Of a stretch of DNA of 64,000 bases, positions 18,634-28,649 are shown piece by piece. Source of the DNA: Acidobacteriaceae bacterium (GTDB lineage: Bacteria > Acidobacteriota > Terriglobia > Terriglobales > Acidobacteriaceae); the NCBI GenBank assembly GCA_025355505.1, contig JANXZM010000009.1, positions 45,083 through 109,082 of the forward strand. The letters are read 5' to 3'. Within the stretch, counting starts at the first letter, position 1. The number at the start of each line of letters is the position of its first letter. A program made the translations under genes and the position numbers. The notes below the pieces were generated by a model. That model ran no database searches. It was not told the origin of the DNA and saw nothing but the letters and a program-made list of their open reading frames with translations.

Positions 18634-20178
18634 ATGCGCCACTGCCGTTGGGGTCGATCCGCACGGGTTGTCTTCGTGGTTCTTTTTCTTCTGCTGCTTG
18701 CAACTCTGCTGATCTCCTGCGGCAGCAGCACCGCTCCCTCCAATCCCCCGCCGCTGCCCCCTCCCGTCCCGCTCAATGCCGCCGACGTCCAGCAGGTCGT
18801 CGAAGATGCCGCCAAGTCGCTGAATGTTCCCATGGTCATCGCGGTGGCCGACCGCGCTGGAAATATTCTGGCGGTGTTTCAAAACGCCGGCGCGCCGCTC
18901 GTTTCGACCGGCAACTTCGGGGTGTCCGTCGATAGCAAGGAACTCGCCGTCGGACTGGCTCGCACCGCCGCCTTTTTCAGCAACAACCAAGCTCCGCTCT
19001 CCAGCCGTACAGTGCGCTTCATCAGTGGGATCCACTTTCCGCCAGGCGTCGCGAACAGCTCCAACGGCGATTTGTATGGGATCGAGAACACCAACCGAGG
19101 CTGTCCGCTGAACACCACTTTCTTGCCGGGCAAAATCATCGACCCGGCCCGTTCAATGGACGGTCTCAGTTTGGGGTTAGGCATTATTACCGGCAAGGCT
19201 GACACCATGGACAGCGATTCAACCGCTGTGAACCCAGGCGGAATTCCACTCTTCAAAAACGGCTACGTGGTCGGAGGAGTAGGAGTGGTTAGCACTTCCC
19301 CAGAGGCAACGGAGTTCGCAGCCTTTTCCGGCGCGTCCCAGTCCGGCTTCCTCCCAAACCCATCGCAACTCCCGCCGCCCGGAGTTGTGATCATCGGTGG
19401 CATTGCCCTGCCTTTCGTAAACCAAACAACTCCTCCGAACGGCATCGGCCCCGGAACTGCCGCCGGCACATATGCGTTAGGACCGCTGAATGGCAGCTTG
19501 CCTCCCGAAGGCGATCTGGTGGGACCCACCGGCGGAGTTTCTGGCCTAACTCAAAACGATGTAGCCAACATTATCAACCAGGCAGTAGCCACGGCCGAGA
19601 TCACGCGAGCTGTGATTCGTCTGCCCCCGAGCTCACGCACCAAGATGACGATCGCCGTCACGGACCTTGACGGCACGGTACTGGGCCTGCACCGTATGCC
19701 GGACGCAACCGTTTTCAGCATCGACGTGGCGGTGGCCAAGGCCCGCAATGTTATCTATTTCAGCCTGCTTACGGGAAATCCGGACCTACCCGGAGTTCCC
19801 GCGGGCACGGCGGTAACGAACCGCACCATCGGCTTCGGGGCGCAGCCCTCTTTCCCGCCGGGCATTGACGGCTCGGGTCTAGGTCCCTTTTTCAGTCTTT
19901 ACACATTTGACCTCGCGCATCCATGCACCCAAGGTTCCCAAACGGCAAACCCCAATCAGAACGGAGTCGTCTTTTTTCCCGGAAGCGTGCCCCTATATAA
20001 GGATGGAGTGTTGGTGGGTGGTTTAGGAGTGAGTGGCGATGGCGTCGATCAGGACGATTATGTTACCAATGCCGGCGCCCACGGCTTCGAGGCGCCGGAC
20101 AATATCCGCGCCGACCAAGTGATCATCGACGGCGTGCGCCTGCCCTACTTGAAGTTTCCGCGGAACCCGACCCAGTAA
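18634..20178 (+). CDS. Secreted lipoprotein with two GlcG/HbpS-like (DUF336, haem-degrading-like) domains
   Basis: 514-aa ORF with a lipobox (LLISCGSS). Two copies of the GlcG signature: VIAVADRAGNILAVF...GGIPLFKNGYVVGGVGVV, and MTIAVTDLDGTVLGLH...SVPLYKDGVLVGGLGVSGDGVDQDDYV. Confidence 0.7.
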   Translation: MRHCRWGRSARVVFVVLFLLLLATLLISCGSSTAPSNPPPLPPPVPLNAADVQQVVEDAAKSLNVPMVIAVADRAGNILAVFQNAGAPLVSTGNFGVSVDSKELAVGLARTAAFFSNNQAPLSSRTVRFISGIHFPPGVANSSNGDLYGIENTNRGCPLNTTFLPGKIIDPARSMDGLSLGLGIITGKADTMDSDSTAVNPGGIPLFKNGYVVGGVGVVSTSPEATEFAAFSGASQSGFLPNPSQLPPPGVVIIGGIALPFVNQTTPPNGIGPGTAAGTYALGPLNGSLPPEGDLVGPTGGVSGLTQNDVANIINQAVATAEITRAVIRLPPSSRTKMTIAVTDLDGTVLGLHRMPDATVFSIDVAVAKARNVIYFSLLTGNPDLPGVPAGTAVTNRTIGFGAQPSFPPGIDGSGLGPFFSLYTFDLAHPCTQGSQTANPNQNGVVFFPGSVPLYKDGVLVGGLGVSGDGVDQDDYVTNAGAHGFEAPDNIRADQVIIDGVRLPYLKFPRNPTQ

Positions 20179-20254
20179 TTGGCAATCGAGCCACAACGCA
20201 GTTGCGCAACACGATGTGCTGAGGTCCGATCTGACTCTGCGACTGTAATCGGGT

Positions 20255-20466
20255 TTAGTCCAGTGCTCGTGGATGTGTTCCGGCACTACGACATAACCGA
20301 CCACTACGAACCGATAGCGCTTGCAGGTTTGTTCTAAGGCGGAGAGGACGCGGTCGCGGCTCCGTGCGGAGCGCAAACGTGGCATTCGGCGATAGCAAGA
20401 ACACGGGATAAAGTGCAACCGATCGGCGCGGTAGTAGCGATGCAGGCCGCGCCGCATGACGTGCAT
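20255..20466 (-). pseudogene. Truncated IS200/RAYT-type (Y1) transposase remnant
   Basis: Within ORF 20023..20574. The segment MHVMRRGLHRYYRADRLHFIPCSCYRRMPRLRSARSRDRVLSALEQTCKRYRFVVVGYVVVPEHIHE matches the N-terminal half of REP-associated tyrosine transposases. Similarity ends after HIHE, and the ORF then runs into the 3' end of the upstream gene. Confidence 0.6.
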
Positions 20467-20497
20467 TATCGTAGCAGCGGCGACGTCGCCCACCCTT

Positions 20498-20524
20498 GCA
20501 AAAAACGCAAGAATGGGGCACCCG
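20498..20524. repeat. Short intergenic repeat (family D: GCAAARAACGC..TGGGGCACCCG)
   Basis: gcaaaaaacgcaagaatggggcacccg here; a near-identical gcaaagaacgcgatgagtggggcacccgg lies at 44514-44542. Confidence 0.45.
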
Positions 20525-20749
20525 CGTTCCGCTATAGGAAAGAGAAAAACAACCCCTCGAAAGGGTTGGGCCACCCGCCAACAACAGTACGGAGATTAGT
20601 GTTGCACCCTGTTTGCACGTGTGCTAGGGTTTCGCTCCACCTCGCCTCTGCCAATACAGAATGCAGCGTGGTCGCTGTGCCAAACTCGGCGAGCGACGCC
20701 TGCGCGGATTGGATCTGGGGCGAGTCGACGAGATTCCGGGGGACTCAGG

Positions 20750-21733
20750 ATGTCACACTTGTTCTCAACCGAGATGCTGCCGGCTTCAGACCGTATTGAC
20801 GCATGGCAATGGAATGCGCAACAGATATGCGGTGATTGCCGCTTTCAACTTCCGAAAGCCTCGTTTAACGGTGCCATCGAAATTCGGCTTGTCGGCGGCC
20901 TGCGGATGACACGATTTTCTTCCAGCCCCCTTTCTTTCTGGAAGTGGCCTTCCGAAACGGCGAATCCCGATAACCGCTCCTGCATTGTGATCACGCAGCT
21001 GGCCGGCAACAGGCGCTACGTTCAGAATGGACACGACGTATTACTGAACCCCGGAGACACCACGCTTATCGATTCCGGACGTCCATGGTCTTCCATCTGC
21101 GGCACGGAGTGTGCGCGTCTCTACTTGCGCGTGCCGCGGTGGATGATGGAGAGCCGGTTGCGACTGCGCGACATTCCGATCGCCCAACGGATCAGCGGGG
21201 CCGGAGGCGTGGGCGCTATGCTCTCCCGATTATCGCAGTCCTTGTACGAAGAAGCGGAGCGGCTGAAAGAAGAAGCCACAACCGCTCTGGACGCTTATTT
21301 CCAGATTTTGGCGGCTTGCATCGGTCGCACGGAACCCTGCGAGCGACGCGGCCCAGAACTCCGGTCACGGATTCAGCGATTCATCGATGAACACTTGGCG
21401 GACCCTGGGCTGGGATCCGCGGAGATCGCTGCGGCAGCCGATATTTCAGTTCGGCATTTACATCGCCTTTTCGCAAACGCCGGCAGCACACTGGGAGATT
21501 GCATTCGCGCACGGCGATTGGAGCAGTGCAGAAACGATTTGTCCGATTCACGCCTGACCAACAAAACGATCACCGAGATTGCTTTTCTTTGGGGCTTCAG
21601 CGATTCCGCTCATTTCAGCCGATCCTTCCGCAGGCACTTTGGCACCTGCCCTCGCACCTTCCGCGCACAAACTGTCGTGAAAAAACGGAATTACGACAGG
21701 GACCGGAAAGCAACTGATTTTTTGCGTATCTAG
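20750..21733 (+). CDS. AraC/XylS-family transcriptional regulator
   Basis: ORF 20621..21733. ATG at 20750 (MSHLFSTEMLPASDRIDAWQW) is the likely start, because the upstream part overlaps repeat and remnant DNA. C-terminal HTH motifs are ISVRHLHRLF and ITEIAFLWGFSDSAHFSRSFRRHFG. Confidence 0.8.
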   Translation: MSHLFSTEMLPASDRIDAWQWNAQQICGDCRFQLPKASFNGAIEIRLVGGLRMTRFSSSPLSFWKWPSETANPDNRSCIVITQLAGNRRYVQNGHDVLLNPGDTTLIDSGRPWSSICGTECARLYLRVPRWMMESRLRLRDIPIAQRISGAGGVGAMLSRLSQSLYEEAERLKEEATTALDAYFQILAACIGRTEPCERRGPELRSRIQRFIDEHLADPGLGSAEIAAAADISVRHLHRLFANAGSTLGDCIRARRLEQCRNDLSDSRLTNKTITEIAFLWGFSDSAHFSRSFRRHFGTCPRTFRAQTVVKKRNYDRDRKATDFLRI

Positions 21734-21878
21734 GCCACGGAGCTGCGATATTCCAATCCTAACTAGCGTCCCGCAAGTTCGTGGCGTAAATCCGCGCCCC
21801 TCCTGTCGCGAATTTATGGGACGCCCTACCAACCGACTACGGCATCTGACAAACACACTGGCTCCTGAAGGGTGCTGC

Positions 21879-23246
21879 CTAGCTTTCGACACTCGCCACT
21901 TCTATCTCAGGTTCCTGCCGCTGGTCGCGCTGCCGCGATGCTCGAATGGCTGCGCCCAGCCCTCCCCAAATCGCAAGAGCGATCCATTCGTGCGAGGTAA
22001 AGTGACCTGGAACCAGGGGAACCACCTTCACCAGAACCATGGCTGACGTCACGATCAGACCGAAGACTGCTGCGGCACGCCGCGACCACGGTGGCTTCAT
22101 CCGATAATAGGAAGCACAAGCGGCCATCCAGGCCACTGCCGCCGAGATCGCACCGACTTCCAGGATTGGAATCAGGAGAGCCTCCCCGAGGAAGATTGCC
22201 AGCGCCGTCGCAACCCCAATTGAGATGATTGCCGTGGAGGGAGTCTGGTTCACTGGGTGGACGCGGCTCATCCTTGGACTGAGCAGGTTGCGGCGCGACA
22301 TGGCAAACAGCAGACGGGAGGACGCCACCATGTTGGCGTTGAAAGCCTGAACCAGCGCTACCAGCGCCGACCCCATGATGAGGACGACGATCCAGTGGGC
22401 GTGCAGCGCGCGTTCGAATGCGACTGCGGTCGGGAACTGCTGGTTACTGTTCAAACTTTGCCAGGGAGCCACGTACGAAACCGCGCCAATCACCACCCAG
22501 AAAAACGCGAGCCCCGAAAAGATGGTTAGAAGTATGGCGACGGAGAAATCGCGTCCCTTGAAATTTGGGTTCGCTTCTTCCGCGCACTTGCCTACGGACT
22601 CAAAGCCCGCCACCAGCCAGGGAACCACCTGCCAGACCAACAGGATCGAGAGCAGCGGCGCATGACTGAACAGCGGATGAAAGTTCGAGACCGATCCGTG
22701 TCTTGCTCCGGCCAAGGCAAAGATGACGACAAGCGTGAGGAACGTGAACGTGGTTGTCTTGCTGAGCCGGGCACTGGCTTGAATTCCCCGGTAGTTCAGC
22801 CACGTCAACAAGACCGTGATGGTCAACCCGAGCACCATGTGAGGCAGGTACACGGGGTATCCACCGAGGCGGTACAGTTCGTGTGTGTTCAAAGACGGGA
22901 ACAGGTAACCGCTGATCCGTCCCGCGGCCAAAGCTTCAAACGGGCAGGTAAGGAAGTAACTCAGAAACATCATCCAGCCGGTGGCAAAACTCACCCCGGG
23001 AGAAAAGAACCTGGCTACGTAGGCGGCCTCGCCGGCCGCGTCGGGAATCTCCTTCACCAACTGGCCGTAAACGTAGCCGATCGGCAGCAGAATCAGCGCG
23101 CCGAGGGTGAAGCCGAGGATCGCGCCGAGAGGGCCGCCACGCTTCAGGATGTCGTCCATGACGACCAGCCAAGCTGTACCCACCATCACGCCGAAGGCCA
23201 GCGTGAAGTAGTCCACCAGATGCAATTTCCGGGCGAGGGTCGTCAT
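21879..23246 (-). CDS. APC-superfamily amino acid/polyamine permease
   Basis: 455-aa ORF with about 12 hydrophobic helices. The N-terminal motif FTLAFGVMVGTAWLV is typical of APC permeases. Confidence 0.7.
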   Translation of the reverse strand: MTTLARKLHLVDYFTLAFGVMVGTAWLVVMDDILKRGGPLGAILGFTLGALILLPIGYVYGQLVKEIPDAAGEAAYVARFFSPGVSFATGWMMFLSYFLTCPFEALAAGRISGYLFPSLNTHELYRLGGYPVYLPHMVLGLTITVLLTWLNYRGIQASARLSKTTTFTFLTLVVIFALAGARHGSVSNFHPLFSHAPLLSILLVWQVVPWLVAGFESVGKCAEEANPNFKGRDFSVAILLTIFSGLAFFWVVIGAVSYVAPWQSLNSNQQFPTAVAFERALHAHWIVVLIMGSALVALVQAFNANMVASSRLLFAMSRRNLLSPRMSRVHPVNQTPSTAIISIGVATALAIFLGEALLIPILEVGAISAAVAWMAACASYYRMKPPWSRRAAAVFGLIVTSAMVLVKVVPLVPGHFTSHEWIALAIWGGLGAAIRASRQRDQRQEPEIEVASVES

Positions 23247-23311
23247 ACGGTTCGCAAAAATCTACAAGAGCATCGGGCTAAGGGAGGTCCTGCCTCCCCA
23301 TGAACCTGATC

Positions 23312-26300
23312 TTAGAACTCGTATCTCAGTGCAAACTGCATCACACGCGGCTGCGTCAGGAGGCCGGTGTAGTTGCCAAAGGTGTTCCCTTTGGTTAGCG
23401 CCGCCTGCTGCAGCGAAGCAATGCAGCCACACGCCTGGGTCCCTAAGCCCGACAGAGCGTTGAAGCGGTGCTGGTTGGGAACGTTGAATACCTCCCAGCG
23501 GAACTGCAGACTGTGACCTTCGATGGGCATTTTCCAGCGCTTGTTGAGTGCCATGTCCAAGCCGGCGTATCCGTCACCGCGAATCGCGTTGCGCGAGCCT
23601 GCCTGTCCGGGGAAGGGGTGTTGAAAATCCTTGAAAGCCGCCACCGGATCGGCGAACACGCTGATGGCGCCCGTTGCGGGATCGATATGATGCCCGATCT
23701 TCGGCTTAGCGATCATCTGTGCGATGCCCTGCTCGTCCCAGTTCGTAGCCCAGAAGTTACCGTTATCCACGGTGAAGGGAAACCCACTGGTCCAGCGGGC
23801 CACGCCGGAAAGCTCCCAGCCGCCGATTAGAGCATCCACGACAGGGCTGGCATCCCCAGCGAAGTGCCGGCCCTTGCCAAATGGCAACTCCGCCATCCAG
23901 TTAGCGTTGACCTGATGCGTCGTGTCAAAGTCCGACACCGCCCGTCGCGAATTAGGAGCAAACGCATTGGCCAGGCGAGTACCCGGGGCACCGACGTTGA
24001 CACTCGAACTCCAACTGAGACGGGTTGCTGCGGAGGTGATGTCGATCGATTTGGAATACGAGTAATTGAGGTCGAACTGGACCCCGTTGCTGAACTGCTT
24101 TCTCAGCGTGGCTTGGAGGGCGTTGTAGTTTGATTTTCCGATCGAACTCCACGCGAACGTGCTCGTCGCCTGGTTGTTCAAGTAATCGCCGCCCCCTCCT
24201 CCTGGCCCCGTGCATCCCGGCTGGAGGCAGGGCGAATAAGTGAACGGGGCGCTCCCCCCGTTATCCCCTAAACCGCCGTAGAGATCGATGTTGCCGATGC
24301 CAACGACTTCGTTGCCGAGGTATGACAGGAACGGAGAGTAGTAGAGGTCATAAACGGACTGAATCAGCCCGGCGTTTCCTGGAATCGTGCTGGTGAATCC
24401 CGAATAGCTCGTATAGGCCGTGCCCGCTTGCAGCGGGGGCAGCATGTCATGCCAGTAAGCCGCGGTTGGACCGACCACGGCGTCAGTGACCTGAGTGGGA
24501 TCAATGCCGCCTGCCGCCAACTGCGCCTTGGCGACCTTGGCCAAGGCTGTGGCTGCGGAGAAGTAATCAATTCCGCTAATCGGATCCACGATGTCGAGGG
24601 GTTGCCGGAGGTCGCGCTGCGTAAGCAGATTGCGACCCAATCGACCCACATAGGATACCTGCAGGGAAAACTTCTTCGGTAGTTCGCGCCCAATGGAAAA
24701 ATCGATGGCCCAGGAGTGAGGCGTCTTGATCGACTGGTCCACTCCCCAGGTAATGGCCTGGAGGCCCGCCGGAGGATTGAACGCCGCCGGCGGCGGTTGC
24801 AAGAAAACCTGGTTCGCCGGGTCCGAACAGTTGTCAACCGGGCCGCAGGTCGGAATCGTGTTGATATCGGTTATGCGGGGTACGTGGGCGGCATCGTCAT
24901 AACCTGGCGTACAGCAAAAGTTCTGAATGGTCGCGCCGAAGCCACCGGGAGGGTTCGCGTCAAAGGTACTGAGAAGTTGCATTCCCGACCGGTCGTAAAC
25001 CTTGCTGAACCCGCCGCGAATGACGGTCTTGTCACCCTCGCCAAAGATGTTTTTCAACCAGCCTTCCGCGGGACGGGGCGAGTAGGCGAAAGAGAAGCGC
25101 GGCGCGAAATCCGACTTCTCAAAGTTGTACCACCCGGGCCCGTTGTTGGCCGGCCCTCCCCTGACAAAGGACAGAAGCGGAACGGAATAGTATCCCATTC
25201 CTTGATTCATGTTCTTGACAGTCTGGTCGAACTGCTGCCCGAGGTTGACATTGGGAGACGCCTGGTACCCGTTGACTTCCCAGGGTGGAGGAAACAGCGA
25301 CCAGCGCAAGCCGAAAGTTGCCGTCAGGTTCGGCTTAATGCGCCAGGAGTCCTGCCCGTAGAATTCATACCATTCCAGCCCGTAATTCCGGTGGATGGGG
25401 GTTCCCTTTGGCAAAACATTCAGCTGCTTGTCGTAGTTATAGTTGCCAACAATGTCCGAAACCATGCCCAGCAAGCCCAAGACAGGATAGTCATATGCAA
25501 TGTTGGAGCCGGGCTCGGCGAGCCCTATGTTCGCCGGGTCCAGGTAGCTGCCTCCGGTGTTGGCGAAACCGGTCGGCGACATCCAATTCGTAGCGCCTTT
25601 CCCCAAGCTGAACGAATGTTCCAGGCTTACCCGCGGATCGCGCACGATACCGATATTGCCACCGAACTGAAAGGTGTGCTTCCCCTTGGTCCAGGAGAAA
25701 TCATCGAGAAAGTTGTTAACTGGCACCTGCGCGTTGTGGCCGTAGACAAACCCCTCGTCCAGACCGTAGAAGACGTTCCATTCCTGATTGGTGTTCCCCA
25801 CAAAGCCGGTGCTCTGGCGCGTGAATCCCCAGGTAGCCGTGTTCACCATGGTCGGGCTGAGAACTGCTGTGTATCTCAAGGCGAAGCCCTTGCTGTGGTC
25901 CGTCAAAGTCTGCTCGGGAGCGGAGCCAGGCAGGAACGGGGCCTGCGGATTGGACCGATTCTGCAGACTGCCGCGCCAGAATAATGAGTGCTTGCCGTCG
26001 GCGGAGAGGTGGTAGTCCAGGCGGACGATCAAGGCGTTATTGTCGTCTTTTATGGGAGCGCGGAAACGATAGCCGGAGTAATTGGCGCCATCGCCGACGG
26101 AGGGGTCATTGGTTACAAACTGGCCAGTGCAGAAAGTCTTGTCGAAATACCCAGTATGACCGGCATTCTCGATGGCAGGATTGATCCCTATGCCCAGGGG
26201 ATCGAGACTCTGCAATTGTGCAGCCGTAACCGTGACGGGGTTGCCCGTCGCGTCCTGATAACTGATGTTGCCCGCGCAGAGGGAAGGCGACGGAATCGAA

Positions 26301-27277
26301 CGCACCGCGCTCTCCTCTTCCCGCCGTCTTGTCCCTTCGTAATTGGCAAACAAGAACAGGCGATCCTTTCGGATCGGCCCGCCCAGGGAAACGCCGAAGA
26401 TATTTCGTATGAGCTTGGGGGGCACATTTGGGGCCCCGCTCCTCGCTTCCGCTTCCTTGACGAAATAGTCGTTGGCACTGGTGATTGTGTTGCGATGGTA
26501 TTCATAAAGCGATCCGTGAAGCTTGTTGGTGCCGCTCTTGGTGACCAGCGCAACCTGCGCTCCCGATCCGGTGCCCTGGTCGGCGTTGTAATTCGCGGTG
26601 GTGACCCGGAATTCCTGCACCGAATCGAGGGTCGTCGGCAACACCGACGTGAATGCATAACCGGCAACCTGGTCATTCACATCCACGCCATCGAGCGAGA
26701 TGTTGCTCTGGTCGCTGCGCGCGCCATTGACAGATCCGTTGCGCGTGTCCTGGTTTTGGTCGATGCCCAGACCCTTGCCGGTGTAGGTGACACCGGCCTG
26801 GAGGCTGAGCAAGTCGGGGACGTTCCGGGCCTCCAGCGGAAGCTGCTTCACCTGCGTTTCATTGAAAGGATTTCCAATCGAGGCATCGACCAGGTTCAAG
26901 ATGGGAGCTTCGCTGGTAACGGTGACGCTCTCGCTGACCGATCCAACCTTCAGTCGGACGTTTGCCGTGGCCGGTGTGTTCACCAGGAGCTGCAGATCGG
27001 TCTGCTGGTAGCGCGTAAATCCCTTCGAAGTCACGGTCAGCGTGTAGGTACTAGGAGGCAGCGCCAGGAAGCGATACTCTCCCACATCACCGGTCGTCGC
27101 CGTTCGCGTAGTCTTCGATTCCGGGTTGGTGATGACAACCGTAGCGCCCGGCAAGGCGCTCCCACTCGAGTCGGTCACCGTCCCCCGCAGGGAACTGGAA
27201 GAGGCTTGCGGAAAAACAACGCTGCTCAAGGCCAGACAGACTGCCACCATTGACATCCACCGCTCAAAGCGTTTCAT
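23312..27277 (-). CDS. TonB-dependent receptor with N-terminal CarboxypepD_reg domain (Acidobacteria-type giant TBDR)
   Basis: ORF 23312..27556. Likely start is ATG at 27277 (MKRFERWMSMVAVCLALSSVVFPQASS) with GGAGGAG upstream. Contains GTVTDSSGSALPGATVVITNPESKTTRTATTGDVGEYRF, a plug region, and the C-terminal barrel ending ALRYEF. Confidence 0.85.
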   Translation of the reverse strand: MKRFERWMSMVAVCLALSSVVFPQASSSSLRGTVTDSSGSALPGATVVITNPESKTTRTATTGDVGEYRFLALPPSTYTLTVTSKGFTRYQQTDLQLLVNTPATANVRLKVGSVSESVTVTSEAPILNLVDASIGNPFNETQVKQLPLEARNVPDLLSLQAGVTYTGKGLGIDQNQDTRNGSVNGARSDQSNISLDGVDVNDQVAGYAFTSVLPTTLDSVQEFRVTTANYNADQGTGSGAQVALVTKSGTNKLHGSLYEYHRNTITSANDYFVKEAEARSGAPNVPPKLIRNIFGVSLGGPIRKDRLFLFANYEGTRRREEESAVRSIPSPSLCAGNISYQDATGNPVTVTAAQLQSLDPLGIGINPAIENAGHTGYFDKTFCTGQFVTNDPSVGDGANYSGYRFRAPIKDDNNALIVRLDYHLSADGKHSLFWRGSLQNRSNPQAPFLPGSAPEQTLTDHSKGFALRYTAVLSPTMVNTATWGFTRQSTGFVGNTNQEWNVFYGLDEGFVYGHNAQVPVNNFLDDFSWTKGKHTFQFGGNIGIVRDPRVSLEHSFSLGKGATNWMSPTGFANTGGSYLDPANIGLAEPGSNIAYDYPVLGLLGMVSDIVGNYNYDKQLNVLPKGTPIHRNYGLEWYEFYGQDSWRIKPNLTATFGLRWSLFPPPWEVNGYQASPNVNLGQQFDQTVKNMNQGMGYYSVPLLSFVRGGPANNGPGWYNFEKSDFAPRFSFAYSPRPAEGWLKNIFGEGDKTVIRGGFSKVYDRSGMQLLSTFDANPPGGFGATIQNFCCTPGYDDAAHVPRITDINTIPTCGPVDNCSDPANQVFLQPPPAAFNPPAGLQAITWGVDQSIKTPHSWAIDFSIGRELPKKFSLQVSYVGRLGRNLLTQRDLRQPLDIVDPISGIDYFSAATALAKVAKAQLAAGGIDPTQVTDAVVGPTAAYWHDMLPPLQAGTAYTSYSGFTSTIPGNAGLIQSVYDLYYSPFLSYLGNEVVGIGNIDLYGGLGDNGGSAPFTYSPCLQPGCTGPGGGGGDYLNNQATSTFAWSSIGKSNYNALQATLRKQFSNGVQFDLNYSYSKSIDITSAATRLSWSSSVNVGAPGTRLANAFAPNSRRAVSDFDTTHQVNANWMAELPFGKGRHFAGDASPVVDALIGGWELSGVARWTSGFPFTVDNGNFWATNWDEQGIAQMIAKPKIGHHIDPATGAISVFADPVAAFKDFQHPFPGQAGSRNAIRGDGYAGLDMALNKRWKMPIEGHSLQFRWEVFNVPNQHRFNALSGLGTQACGCIASLQQAALTKGNTFGNYTGLLTQPRVMQFALRYEF

Positions 27278-27543
27278 GGCTCCTCCTACCGGGAAGTTAC
27301 TTCCGCAACGCGATCTTTGTCGCCAAGCATCACACGCCTCAGCCCGGATAATCCGGGCAAGTTTACGAGACAGGGTACTCCCGTGCAGATTCTCAAGCTT
27401 GTCTGACAGTGACATCCACTTGCCCTGGAGTGACATGCCGCGTGGAGGTGACCCGCTCCCCAAAATCCGCACACGACTGAGTATGATTTCACCTTGCGGA
27501 AAGGGGCAGATCGATCTCAAAGGGCAAGCACGGCGAGGCGCAG

Positions 27544-27747
27544 ATGATCGGGGCACTCAAGCAACTGGAGGCGGGACGGAAGGCAGAGGACGTCGCGCGG
27601 GAGGTGGGGGTGCCCAAACACACGATTTATGCCTGGAAAACGAAGTATGGCGGGATTGGCGTGAGTGAGGCGCAAGAAGCGAAGCAGTTGCGGGATGAGA
27701 ACGGGCGTATTGTAGGTTTATCGAAGCCAATACGCGGGCACGGGTAA
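27544..27747 (+). mobile_element. IS3-family OrfA (HTH) fragment, insertion-sequence remnant
   Basis: The 67-aa ORF ALKQLEAGRKAEDVAREVGVPKHTIYAWKTKYGGIGVSEAQEAKQLRDENGR matches the HTH/leucine-zipper part of IS3 OrfA. No OrfB or intact ends are visible. Confidence 0.6.
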
Positions 27748-27872
27748 AAGTTTCGCAAGCTTTGGACATACCAGCATGCCGCCAAAGAGCTCCAGCGGCA
27801 CCAGTTCCGCGAGTGCGGAGAACAACTGTTCCGCGGTTAGTCGCAGTAATTCGCTGGTTTTACTTGCGAACT

Positions 27873-28433
27873 TCAAGATAGCTCTGTCACGATCCTGACG
27901 TTTCTCCGGCCTGCCATTTCGTCTGCAATGGCCGCTTTGTCGGCGTCAGATAACATCCGGGCTGCCAAAGGAAACACCAGTTCGTCCTCGAAGCGGATGT
28001 GCTGTTTGTACATCGATGCAAGACTAGCAACAGCTTTGCGAAATGCCTCGACCTCAGGACTGGAGAGATTGCCCGTAGAAAGATATTGCGCTCCCAGGCG
28101 TTTCACCTCTGCGTGTAACGGGGCTGCCCACCGATGCTCCTCCTCTAGTTGCTCCAGTCGTGCGAAGGCGGACCGGACTTCAGGATGCTGGATCTGACGC
28201 AACCGAGGGAACAACGACTCCTCCTCGTCAGCCGTGTGCTTAGGCGCCGATTGCCCGAAGTAGCGCAAGGCAGACTCCAGCGCCCGGCTGGTTTCCCCCG
28301 TGGCAGGGTTGTCGATCGTCTGCGCGACCACCTCGAGCGAACCTAGAAACATTTCAACGCGGCGGTGGCAGTCCGAGAGCAAGCCGGTGGGGTCAGTAAA
28401 GTTGTGAGCTTTTGCTCCGATTTGGACAGGCAT
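27873..28433 (-). CDS. Hemerythrin-like (HHE cation-binding) di-iron protein
   Basis: 186-aa ORF with H/E ligand motifs (CHRRVE, HTADEEESLFP, EEEH, HIRFEDELVFP). It lies downstream of qNor on the same strand. Confidence 0.75.
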   Translation of the reverse strand: MPVQIGAKAHNFTDPTGLLSDCHRRVEMFLGSLEVVAQTIDNPATGETSRALESALRYFGQSAPKHTADEEESLFPRLRQIQHPEVRSAFARLEQLEEEHRWAAPLHAEVKRLGAQYLSTGNLSSPEVEAFRKAVASLASMYKQHIRFEDELVFPLAARMLSDADKAAIADEMAGRRNVRIVTELS

Positions 28434-28649
28434 GTTTTCAGTCTACTGATTGCATTGATCCGCGCCATGACAAAAGTCACAGTCAGACGCATTTCAGGCT
28501 CGGCCGGATACGGGTGCAACGGCAAAGTCCACAGGCTTCGGATATAGAGGGGGAAAAGGCAGCCGCAAGCCGTAGCGCTGAGGGACCCTTCCCCAGTGGG
28601 CGCGAGTACCGGATTCCGCGAGTCGGGCCGCCAGCAATGTACAGGCCAT

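Noticed and set aside
24716-27253. ORFs 24716..25984 and 25988..27253 (+) inside the TonB-dependent receptor gene
   Set aside because: Shadow ORFs. The minus-strand translation has the CarboxypepD_reg, plug and barrel features and a terminal Phe.
27278-27556. 93-codon N-terminal extension of the TonB receptor ORF
   Set aside because: The extension lacks a signal peptide, whereas ATG 27277 is preceded by GGAGGAG and starts a classic signal peptide. The extension overlaps the IS-remnant region.
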